Source: an uncultured Eubacterium sp. (GTDB lineage Bacteria > Bacillota > Clostridia > Lachnospirales > Lachnospiraceae). Taken from it: a stretch of 64,000 nt of DNA. Positions 48,781 to 56,026 of the stretch are shown here, piece by piece. Position 1 is the stretch's first letter; each line of letters starts with the position of its first letter. The notes beneath the pieces were generated by a model. That model did not search any database. It worked only from the letters and a program-made list of their open reading frames with translations, and was not told the DNA's origin. A program made the position numbers and the translations under genes. Location of the stretch: positions 8,252 through 72,251 of the forward strand of contig CAJTRZ010000011.1 of NCBI GenBank assembly GCA_910578975.1, given 5' to 3'.

Positions 48781-49257
48781 CTAAAATCCTTCTCTTTTCC
48801 TTTGAATCCTAAGTTCTTTTCTTCGTTTTGCTGCTTCCCACTCAGCTTCTTCCCCTTCATTTTCCAATATAATTCCAGGTATCTGCATCGGTTCACCATT
48901 CTCACCAATCGCAACCAAGGTTAAGTAAGCACGGTTAATCGGTCTGCGCATACCATTTAAATCTTCTACGTAAGTATCCACACGAATTTCCATAGATGTG
49001 TTTCCCACATAAGAAACTTTTCCAATCAAAACGAGCAAATCATTCTGATAAGCACCTCTGATAAATCTTAAATTATCTACAGACGCTGTAACAACATTTG
49101 TCTGTGTATGCCTTATGGCAACTAAACCTGCAATTTCATCTATCCACTCCATCAGTTTTCCACCAAAAAGTCTTCCGGCACCGTTTAAATGCTCTGGTCT
49201 TACCTGATAAACCTGCTCTATCATGGAATCTGATACTTTTTTCATTTTTCGCTCCAT
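48781..49257 (-). CDS. Acyl-CoA thioesterase (hotdog fold, YciA/BFIT-like)
   Basis: NGAGRLFGGKLMEWIDE and SMEIRVD motifs. Lies 12 nt upstream of the ABC-F gene. Confidence 0.85.
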   Translation of the reverse strand: MERKMKKVSDSMIEQVYQVRPEHLNGAGRLFGGKLMEWIDEIAGLVAIRHTQTNVVTASVDNLRFIRGAYQNDLLVLIGKVSYVGNTSMEIRVDTYVEDLNGMRRPINRAYLTLVAIGENGEPMQIPGIILENEGEEAEWEAAKRRKELRIQRKREGF

Positions 49258-49370
49258 TTTTCCTGCCTTTCTATTATAAAAACCAATTTTTGTAAAACGA
49301 TTTTTCTTTATTCTTTCATACTTTTATAGTATTGTCTATTCTTTTTTATTTTTGTTAATAAAATCGGGCT

Positions 49371-49403
49371 ATAAAAAAGGAAGGGATAGTTTTCTATCTC
49401 CTT
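49371..49403 (-). terminator. Terminator-like hairpin with U-tract inside the 5' region of the thioesterase/ABC-F operon
   Basis: Minus-strand RNA AAGGAGAUAG-AAAA-CUAUCCCUU followed by CCUUUUUU. It lies about 115 nt upstream of the thioesterase start. Confidence 0.5.
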
Positions 49404-49422
49404 ACATAAGACATAATTTAAA

Positions 49423-49718
49423 TTTACATATATAAAGTATTATTTTTTGAATTTTCAGATGTATTTTAAACATTCTATTTCAAGTAATCAGACTAATTTA
49501 CATATATAACTCTTTTATTTTTCATATTGATATGTAATATATTTTCATTTTTCATGAATATTTAAACACTTTTACATATATGTTTTGTGGTTAGACAATA
49601 AAATATATGTAAATTATTCCCATTTTTTATAACTTTTTAATACTTTTACATATGTATCTTGTGTTCTGGCAAATAAATATATGTAATGTATATTTATATG
49701 ACAAAAATTTAGCAAATC
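49423..49718. repeat. Four degenerate tandem units with exact 74-bp periodicity, each headed by TTTACATAT(A/G)T
   Basis: The 11-mer starts at 49423, 49497, 49571 and 49645. Units 2-4 carry an inverted partner ATATGTAA at 49530, 49605 and 49679. Confidence 0.8.
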
Positions 49719-49740
49719 GACTAAGAGCAATTTATAACAT

Positions 49741-49768
49741 AAAAAAGGGACTCTTTTACAGCCCCTTC
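49741..49768 (-). terminator. Terminator after the DUF305 gene
   Basis: Minus strand: GGGGCUGUAAAAGAGUCCC followed by UUUUUUAU. Confidence 0.6.
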
Positions 49769-49797
49769 TACCTTCTATACTGATTTTTTTATTTATT

Positions 49798-50367
49798 CTA
49801 ATATCTGATACTTCGCAGTAACTGTTCCATTTGTTGTACGCCTCTCTCTTGAGAAGTAATAATTTCCTCTAAAATAGGGATGAGCCCAGGACAAATATCA
49901 TAACATAAAGCATTATGACTCAATGCAATAGCCCCCTCATGATGAGGAATCATTTCCTGCATGAAATTAGCATTAATCCGATTCGTACTTGGTGCACTTT
50001 CCATTCCACAAAACATTGTATTCATAATGTTATTTCCCTTACATTGGTATGACTCCACTGCCGAAATATCATTTATCAATTCAGAACAATAACACAAAAT
50101 TTCCTGCATATTTTCTATGCTCTTTGTCTGTTCTTCAATTATTTGCAAAGCGATATTCTGTAGCGGTATACATGTTGTATATTGTAAAAGATTTTCAGAC
50201 ATTTCAATGGCAGCTCTGTGGTGTGGTATCATCTGAACAATAAAATTATAGGAAATGCTGTCACTTAACTGTACTTCTGTCATCTCATCTATCATTGTAT
50301 TCAAAATACAATAAAATTTATTTAGGTAAGCTTTTGCCACATTGCTTAATTCACATCTGCAATTCAT
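49798..50367 (-). CDS. DUF305 family protein (two ferritin-like four-helix repeats)
   Basis: Duplicated motif MIPHHRAAIEMS / MIPHHEGAIALS. Confidence 0.75.
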   Translation of the reverse strand: MNCRCELSNVAKAYLNKFYCILNTMIDEMTEVQLSDSISYNFIVQMIPHHRAAIEMSENLLQYTTCIPLQNIALQIIEEQTKSIENMQEILCYCSELINDISAVESYQCKGNNIMNTMFCGMESAPSTNRINANFMQEMIPHHEGAIALSHNALCYDICPGLIPILEEIITSQERGVQQMEQLLRSIRY

Positions 50368-50451
50368 AAAGTGTCCCTGAATATTTTTATTTTATAATAT
50401 TCATAAATTAAAGGTTGGTTCGCTTACTTTTTTATGTGACATCGTCTACAA

Positions 50452-51087
50452 TTACTTATTCTTCCTAACCGGATGCCTAACCACTGTCCTCAACTTAGAC
50501 ACATCGCACCTTCTTGGATCACTCAAATATATTTCATGATGATAACGCTCTGGTGTAATATCAATTTCATACCCCTCTTCTTTGGCAAAACTGTCCATTG
50601 ACACAATCGTAGCCGGCTCATCATCATACGAACCAATATGCATACACTGTACACACTTTCCTTCATCATAAGTAAAGTATTCTACTTTCGAAAAGTCCAT
50701 TTTCTTTTTTCTTTCAGCCTCTTCAACTGCCCAATCAAAATCCTCTTTACTTACAAAATCCGGCAGACGTATCATGGAAATCCAATGAAATTCATCTTTT
50801 TTCGAATAATCAATTCCCTTTGTATTTTCCTGCCACCACAAGCCTTCAAGAGGTGGTACAACATATTGAAAATATCCCTCAATTTGATGCGTCCCCTTAT
50901 AACTCATTTTTATAGTAAAAGCAATCGCATACAACAATCCTATTGCTTTTTTATAATCTCCCTCTTCATCGTTGGGATTCCCTATTCCTCTCACTGCGAT
51001 ATAATTCATCTTTGGAATATCAACAATTACCGGCTTCTTGGGAGGCAAATAAAACTCCTTATATTCTTTTTTATAATCAAAAGCCAT
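50452..51087 (-). CDS. GyrI-like small-molecule-binding domain protein
   Basis: MAFDYKKEYKEFYLPPKKP..IVDIPKMNYIAVRGIGNPN is typical of the GyrI-like/SOUL family. Start chosen at the ATG preceded by GGAGGAAAGGGAA. Confidence 0.75.
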   Translation of the reverse strand: MAFDYKKEYKEFYLPPKKPVIVDIPKMNYIAVRGIGNPNDEEGDYKKAIGLLYAIAFTIKMSYKGTHQIEGYFQYVVPPLEGLWWQENTKGIDYSKKDEFHWISMIRLPDFVSKEDFDWAVEEAERKKKMDFSKVEYFTYDEGKCVQCMHIGSYDDEPATIVSMDSFAKEEGYEIDITPERYHHEIYLSDPRRCDVSKLRTVVRHPVRKNK

Positions 51088-51215
51088 TTCCCTTTCCTCC
51101 AATCACTTTTCTATTCTTTTTGTTATCTATATTTATATCTTACATAAAATCTTTTTTCAATCTTTAGGTATCTATATCATATATTTTATTAATGAATAAA
51201 TATGGAGAAAACTAT

Positions 51216-52205
51216 ATGAAACGTTGTGTTCCATTAGAACCAGCAGCAGAGAATGTCTGCAATCAAAGTTCCATTCCACCACTCATCTTTCAATTACCCC
51301 CAAAGCAGGGGCGTATGGTATTGGAGAAAGCCCAGGATGCTCCTGTCTACAAATATCCTGCAGATGTCTGTGAAACAAAAGTTGAAACAACCTGGGGACA
51401 AATTCCTATCTATTTTGTCACTCCCAAAACGTGTGATCCTATTCAAAATGTAATCTTTTATATCCATGGTGCCGGCTGGGTGTTCGGCAGTTTCCATACA
51501 CACGAAAAACTTGTTAGAGAACTTGCAGCGCGTACCAACTCACTTGTTGTATTTCCTGAATATACCCGTTCACCAGAAGCCAAATATCCCATAGCCATTG
51601 AGCAATGTTATTTTGTTCTGTCACATATCTGGGAAATTACAAGCGGACAATATGCCAACTGCAAATTGAACACCAAATGCACAAATCGTAACACACTTAC
51701 CGTCGCTGGTGACAGCGTCGGTGGAAATATGGCGATTGCCATGTGTCTTATGGCAAAAATGCGTTGTGGTCCCCAAATACAAAAACTGCTTTTATATTAC
51801 CCTGTAACAAATGCTTGTTTTGATACTCCATCATATTGCCAGTTTGCTACAAACTATTATCTTTATCGAGAAGGAATGCAGTGGTTCTGGAATCAGTACA
51901 CCACCAATCCCGCTGATAGAAACCAGATTACTGCCTCACCACTGTGTGCAGATACAGAATGTCTAAAAAATTTCCCTGAAACCATGATTATTAATGGTCA
52001 GGCAGATGTTTTACGCAGTGAGGGGGAAGCTTTTGGCGAGAAACTTCGCTGTGCGGGAGTGGATGTTACTGCTTTACGTATTCAAGGTACTATTCATGAC
52101 TTTGTAATGCTAAATTCTCTCGACCAGACCAGCGCCTGCCGGATTGCAATGGATGCTTCTACAGAATGGATTAATCGAAACAGACAATGTACGAATAATA
52201 AGTAG
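51216..52205 (+). CDS. Alpha/beta hydrolase, hormone-sensitive-lipase-like esterase
   Basis: IHGAGW (HGGG-type oxyanion motif), GDSVGG (GDSAG nucleophile motif) and a C-terminal HDF. Start at 51216 with RBS GGAGAAA. Confidence 0.85.
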   Translation: MKRCVPLEPAAENVCNQSSIPPLIFQLPPKQGRMVLEKAQDAPVYKYPADVCETKVETTWGQIPIYFVTPKTCDPIQNVIFYIHGAGWVFGSFHTHEKLVRELAARTNSLVVFPEYTRSPEAKYPIAIEQCYFVLSHIWEITSGQYANCKLNTKCTNRNTLTVAGDSVGGNMAIAMCLMAKMRCGPQIQKLLLYYPVTNACFDTPSYCQFATNYYLYREGMQWFWNQYTTNPADRNQITASPLCADTECLKNFPETMIINGQADVLRSEGEAFGEKLRCAGVDVTALRIQGTIHDFVMLNSLDQTSACRIAMDASTEWINRNRQCTNNK

Positions 52206-52321
52206 TCTTCTACGATTTATATAATATTGTTTCTTGATATTTATTGATTAGATATGTCCGATTCATTCGTTGCACGTTCTATTATGTCCCGCATATTATA
52301 AAGAAAAAAAGGAGAGTTTTT

Positions 52322-52558
52322 ATGTCGAATAATTTTAGATGCTCATGCAATGGCAGTCATCAAAGCCATAATCATGCCCCTTGTCACACATGCCACAACG
52401 ACCACCATCACGGCAATGATTGGCGTGATGAGCGTAGAGATGACTGGCGTGACGAGCGTAGAGATGACTGGCGTGACGAACAGAGAGATGATAGACACCA
52501 TGAACACAGGAATAACAGATGCAACTGGTGCAATAATAATTTCTGGCCTTGGAGATAA
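52322..52558 (+). CDS. Small His/Cys-rich protein with three DWRDE(R/Q)RD repeats
   Basis: Strong RBS AAAGGAGAG 7 nt upstream of the ATG, a putative promoter (TTGCAC, 18 nt, TATTAT) and a GC-rich terminator downstream. 78 aa: MSNNFRCSCNGSHQSHNHAPCHTCHNDHHHGN...RCNWCNNNFWPWR. Confidence 0.5.
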   Translation: MSNNFRCSCNGSHQSHNHAPCHTCHNDHHHGNDWRDERRDDWRDERRDDWRDEQRDDRHHEHRNNRCNWCNNNFWPWR

Positions 52559-52575
52559 TTCCAGAATTTAATTTT

Positions 52576-52612
52576 TTACCCCGGCTTTAGCCGGGGTATC
52601 TCTTTTCTTTTA
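52576..52612 (+). terminator. Terminator after the His/Cys-rich ORF
   Basis: accccggc / gccggggt stem followed by a T-rich tract. Confidence 0.75.
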
Positions 52613-52663
52613 CTATGTTATTCTTTCAGACTATCAAAGCTTTCGTCTATATTTTCATTATTA

Positions 52664-52966
52664 CTATACCTCGAAATCAATGCAGACTCTATTTTTTGTA
52701 AATGGTCGTACTTTACCATCAGCCACTTTCACATGTTCAGGATGTACTGCATATTCTTTCAAAGACTGTTCTTTATCAAACGTAGAATCCAGCATTAAAT
52801 CCGCATTTGACGAATCCAGACCATAAATATTCACTTTAATATCCAATAATCCGGAAATTTTTCCTTGAAGGCTTTCAAGCCCCTCCTTGATCTCTTTCTT
52901 TATTTCCATCTTCTCCTCTTCTGAAAATTCATCCTTTAACTGCCATAAAATAATATGTTTAACCAT
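52664..52966 (-). CDS. Dabb (stress-responsive alpha/beta barrel) family protein
   Basis: 100 aa. The MVKHIILWQLKD start and overall pattern are typical of Dabb domains. Confidence 0.8.
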   Translation of the reverse strand: MVKHIILWQLKDEFSEEEKMEIKKEIKEGLESLQGKISGLLDIKVNIYGLDSSNADLMLDSTFDKEQSLKEYAVHPEHVKVADGKVRPFTKNRVCIDFEV

Positions 52967-53007
52967 ATTTTTCTCCTTCCCTGTAGACCTACTCTTATAT
53001 TTATTGA

Positions 53008-53538
53008 TTACAATTCACACTCTAACTGACAATCATATGGTTCTTCTTCCACATGCTTTTGATGATATACCTGTGCTTGGGTACATCCCAATGATTTATA
53101 AAACGCCTGACTCTCCACTGCAGAATGTGCAGATATATATAACTTTTTTGCGCCTCTTTCCTTCGCCCATTCTTTCGCTGCAAGAAAAAGTGCCTTTCCA
53201 AGCCCCTGACCACGCATATCTTCTGATATATGAATACTAGACAAATCGAGATATTTTTGCTCACCACCAAACAAGCCCGATTCAACTGAAACAAAACCTT
53301 TTAATACATCATCACAAAATGCTGCATACACAAAACCACCTGTATTAACAGTATTTTTCAAACATGCGATTAACACTTCATAATCTTTTTCTGTCCAATC
53401 ATCAATAAACGGATCACTTCGAATAACCCATTTATCATTTTCTTTTCGCCAGCAGTCTGTAACAATCTGATGACGTATAAATTTTGTAAATAACTTCCTG
53501 CATATTTCTTCTTCTCTCAAATTTCTATATTCAATCAT
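53008..53538 (-). CDS. GNAT family N-acetyltransferase
   Basis: Motif A MRGQGLGKALF. 176 aa. Confidence 0.85.
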   Translation of the reverse strand: MIEYRNLREEEICRKLFTKFIRHQIVTDCWRKENDKWVIRSDPFIDDWTEKDYEVLIACLKNTVNTGGFVYAAFCDDVLKGFVSVESGLFGGEQKYLDLSSIHISEDMRGQGLGKALFLAAKEWAKERGAKKLYISAHSAVESQAFYKSLGCTQAQVYHQKHVEEEPYDCQLECEL

Positions 53539-53619
53539 TTACTATTATTCCTTCTTTTTAACAAACTTTGCATATTTCTTTTTATTATGAACATCCTATT
53601 TATGAAAGGATGGTGCTAT

Positions 53620-53784
53620 ATGAATAACAAAAATAAATCAACAAACGCCTACGACGACGGAAACATTCCTGAAATAGACCTACCTAAAGATAGCTATTCC
53701 AATAAGCCAGATTATAATGTTGAACCTTTGCCAGAATCATCGCGCCCTAGAAAGGACGGTCCTGGTGGAGACTGCGGAGAATAA
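53620..53784 (+). CDS. Hypothetical small hydrophilic protein
   Basis: 54-aa ORF (MNNKNKSTNAYDDG...PGGDCGE) with a weak RBS (AAAGGA). No recognisable family. Confidence 0.3.
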   Translation: MNNKNKSTNAYDDGNIPEIDLPKDSYSNKPDYNVEPLPESSRPRKDGPGGDCGE

Positions 53785-53822
53785 TTCTCCGCTATTACAT
53801 AATAATAGGCATTATTAATATA

Positions 53823-54440
53823 TTAGAATAAATGTTTCTTTAACAGAATTGAATCATCTTCCGTAATTTTACGTATTACTTTACACGGATTTCCTGCTGC
53901 AAGAACTCCTTCTGGTATATCCTTTGTCACAACACTTCCAGCTCCAATAATTGTATCTTTTCCAATAGTTACACTACCACATATGGTTACATTTGATGCA
54001 ATCCAGCAACCATCCTCTATTACAATAGGGCTGGCATATTCTAAATCATATGCGGTTCCATCTTCTTTAAATCGAATTCTACGTTCCTCTTTTAAAAATG
54101 GGTGAATTGGTGTCACCAGTGTACAATTTGGTCCAAAGAACACATCATCTCCTATCGTAATGGGACAGCAGTCCAAAACAACAAAATTAAAATTCACAAA
54201 GCAATTTTTGCCGATCTTCGTATTTATTCCGTAATCAAATTGAATTGGTCCCTGAATATATGTTCCCTCTCCCAAATCCGGTAAAAGTTTTTGTAAAATC
54301 TCTGCCCGCTTTTCCTCTTCATTCTCGTATGTATCATTATAATCCTTTGACCATCTATGTGCATTTACTCGTTTTTTTGCCAGATTTTCATCTGATGTAT
54401 CATAAATCTTTCCATTTAACATTTTCTCTTCTTCAGTCAT
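53823..54440 (-). CDS. Sugar O-acetyltransferase (maltose/galactoside acetyltransferase family, left-handed beta-helix)
   Basis: N-terminal MTEEEKMLNGKIYD (Mac domain) and hexapeptide repeats (IGKNCFVNFN, IGDDVFFGPN, IGAGSVV). Start with RBS GGGAGG. Confidence 0.9.
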   Translation of the reverse strand: MTEEEKMLNGKIYDTSDENLAKKRVNAHRWSKDYNDTYENEEEKRAEILQKLLPDLGEGTYIQGPIQFDYGINTKIGKNCFVNFNFVVLDCCPITIGDDVFFGPNCTLVTPIHPFLKEERRIRFKEDGTAYDLEYASPIVIEDGCWIASNVTICGSVTIGKDTIIGAGSVVTKDIPEGVLAAGNPCKVIRKITEDDSILLKKHLF

Positions 54441-54462
54441 TTTTCCTCCCAAAATATCTCCT

Positions 54463-54921
54463 CTAATAATCCTCAACTGCACTTTCCACTAATGTATCAC
54501 CTTCATATACAACTTTCAATGTGAAAAAATTATTCTCTTCTATTAATTTCTTTAAAAAGATCCTATCACCTTCCCAAATGTTTAATTTTAATATGTCCTT
54601 CTTATCTACCCATTTCAATTCTCCCTCATCACACTCACTTAACTCACCTGAAAACTCACTCGCAGTAAATAAATACATATATTCTGTCTTCCATTCATTT
54701 GATATAAATGTAATCACTGCCCGTAGCCTGTACTTTGTCAATGTAAGACCTGTCTCTTCAAATACTTCTCGTAAAAGACATTCTTCAGGTGTTTCGTCTT
54801 TTTCGAATTTTCCTCCTACCCCAATCCATTTCCCTTCATTTAAGTCATTTTCTTTCTTCGTTCTATGAAGCATTAAGTATTTATCATTCTTTTCTATATA
54901 ACAAAGCGTTGTATTAATCAT
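54463..54921 (-). CDS. NUDIX hydrolase (MutT-like)
   Basis: Nudix box GVGGKFEKDETPEECLLREVFEETGL. Start at the ATG at 54919-54921 with RBS AAAGGAA. Confidence 0.85.
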   Translation of the reverse strand: MINTTLCYIEKNDKYLMLHRTKKENDLNEGKWIGVGGKFEKDETPEECLLREVFEETGLTLTKYRLRAVITFISNEWKTEYMYLFTASEFSGELSECDEGELKWVDKKDILKLNIWEGDRIFLKKLIEENNFFTLKVVYEGDTLVESAVEDY

Positions 54922-54979
54922 TGTAATTCCTTTCAGAGTTTTTATAACGTTTATTTTATCACATATCTTTACTAAATTA

Positions 54980-55018
54980 AATAAAAGCATGATGCATATA
55001 AACATCATGCTTTTATAA
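54980..55018 (-). terminator. Second of two tandem terminators downstream of the LytTR-box promoter
   Basis: 11-bp stem aaagcatgatg / catcatgcttt, followed on the minus strand by TTTTATTT. Confidence 0.7.
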
Positions 55019-55031
55019 AAACTCTTAACTT

Positions 55032-55068
55032 CAACAAAAGCACTAGTCCAAACAGCCTAGTGCTTTCA
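55032..55068 (-). terminator. First tandem terminator downstream of the LytTR-box promoter
   Basis: Stem agcactag / ctagtgct, followed on the minus strand by TTTTGTTG. Confidence 0.65.
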
Positions 55069-55160
55069 TCGCCCCCCATTTTTCCATATCAATTTTTCTT
55101 TTCATTATGATATGGTAATTATAAAATCCATACTCCTTTGAATAGTAATTTAACTATCCA
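55032..55160 (-). ncRNA. Candidate LytTR-activated short transcript (regulatory RNA and/or micropeptide mRNA)
   Basis: Bounded by a predicted promoter (boxes, TTGACT, 17 nt, TATTTT) and a terminator. Contains only tiny ORFs: an 8-aa ORF MDFIITIS whose AGGAG lies 1 nt from the ATG, and a 20-aa ORF MKRKIDMEKWGAMKALGCLD (55043..55105) with no SD. Confidence 0.3.
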
Positions 55161-55165
55161 CCCCT

Positions 55166-55237
55166 AAAATAATAATATTCAACAAATGAGTCAATAGAAT
55201 CTGCACGAACGATAGTGATTTTTGCATAAACGATAGT
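55166..55237 (-). promoter_or_regulatory. LytTR-type operator (two 9-bp direct repeats 21 bp apart) plus putative -35/-10, copy 1
   Basis: AACGATAGT at 55208-55216 and 55229-55237 (minus strand: ACTATCGTTTATGCA / ACTATCGTTCGTGCA). -35 TTGACT (55189-55194) and -10 TATTTT (55166-55171) on the minus strand. Confidence 0.6.
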
Positions 55238-55301
55238 ATTTTTTATAGTACCAGTGTGTTATTATGTAATTTTACTTCTTATTAACATATTTAATTCCAA
55301 T

Positions 55302-55325
55302 AAAAAAAGCCACTTTCGTGACTCT
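55302..55325 (-). terminator. Terminator after the kinase/regulator operon
   Basis: Minus strand: AGUCAC-GAAA-GUGGCU followed by UUUUUUU, immediately after the stop at 55326. Confidence 0.6.
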
Positions 55326-56026
55326 TTATGCATTTCCGCAATCATATATTCTCTTTAAATATACTCTTTTAAATTCCCAAAGTTTTCTCTGTGCAACATC
55401 CAAGTCACTTCCATCTTTCATGTACACAATCAAATTCTCTAACCTCTCAACCTCATCTAAGTTCACAATAAAAGACTTGTGACACCTGAAAAACCATTTA
55501 TCACACAACTCCTTTTCAAACTCTTTCATGCTGGTATTACACCTTTTATTTCATGCTTCATGTGAACAATGACATTGTGACTGGCTCCTTCCACATAACT
55601 AATATCTTTTAATGTAATTTCCCGTACTCCTTCTCCAACAATATTTACTTTAATTCTCTTATTTCTTTCTAAAAGAGTTTCTGCAGATTCTAATGCTTCG
55701 ATGATTAACTCTTCCATCCTTTCTTTGTTAATATATCTAAAAGCATTTACTAAATATCCTCTATCACACATTTCAGTATGTGTTGTAAGAATCATGTATA
55801 CACTTTCCGGATATCTCTTCCTTGCCTTCTTTATCGTTTCAAAGCCATCTATGCCATTCATCTCTATATCAATAAAAGAGATATCGTACTCGATTTCACT
55901 TTCCAGATACTCTTCACCACTTTCATAAAAGTCTATATTAATAATCTCATTTCTATAATAATTTATAATACAACTCTTTGCCCTGTCGCGATATAACTGT
56001 AAATCATCTACTACTGCAATTTTCAA
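55326..56026 (-). pseudogene. LytTR-family response regulator interrupted by a frameshift (ORFs 55526..56026 and 55326..55529)
   Basis: The upstream ORF holds the receiver domain (VVDD, FIDIEMNG) plus the first half of the LytTR domain (ITLKDISYVEG..VIVHMKHEIKG). The downstream ORF holds the second half (FFRCHKSFIVNLDEV). The two frames join between 55530 and 55552. Confidence 0.75.

Noticed and set aside
49423-49718. The 74-bp periodic repeats as a CRISPR array
   Set aside because: Only the first 11 nt (plus a short inverted partner) are conserved. The units are contiguous and degenerate rather than repeat-spacer-repeat, they are extremely AT-rich, and no cas genes are present in the window.
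52350-52571. Alternative-frame 73-aa ORF across the 24-bp repeats
   Set aside because: It has no RBS. The frame starting at 52322 has a strong AAAGGAGAG site at ideal spacing, and the open alternative frame is a by-product of the tandem repeats.
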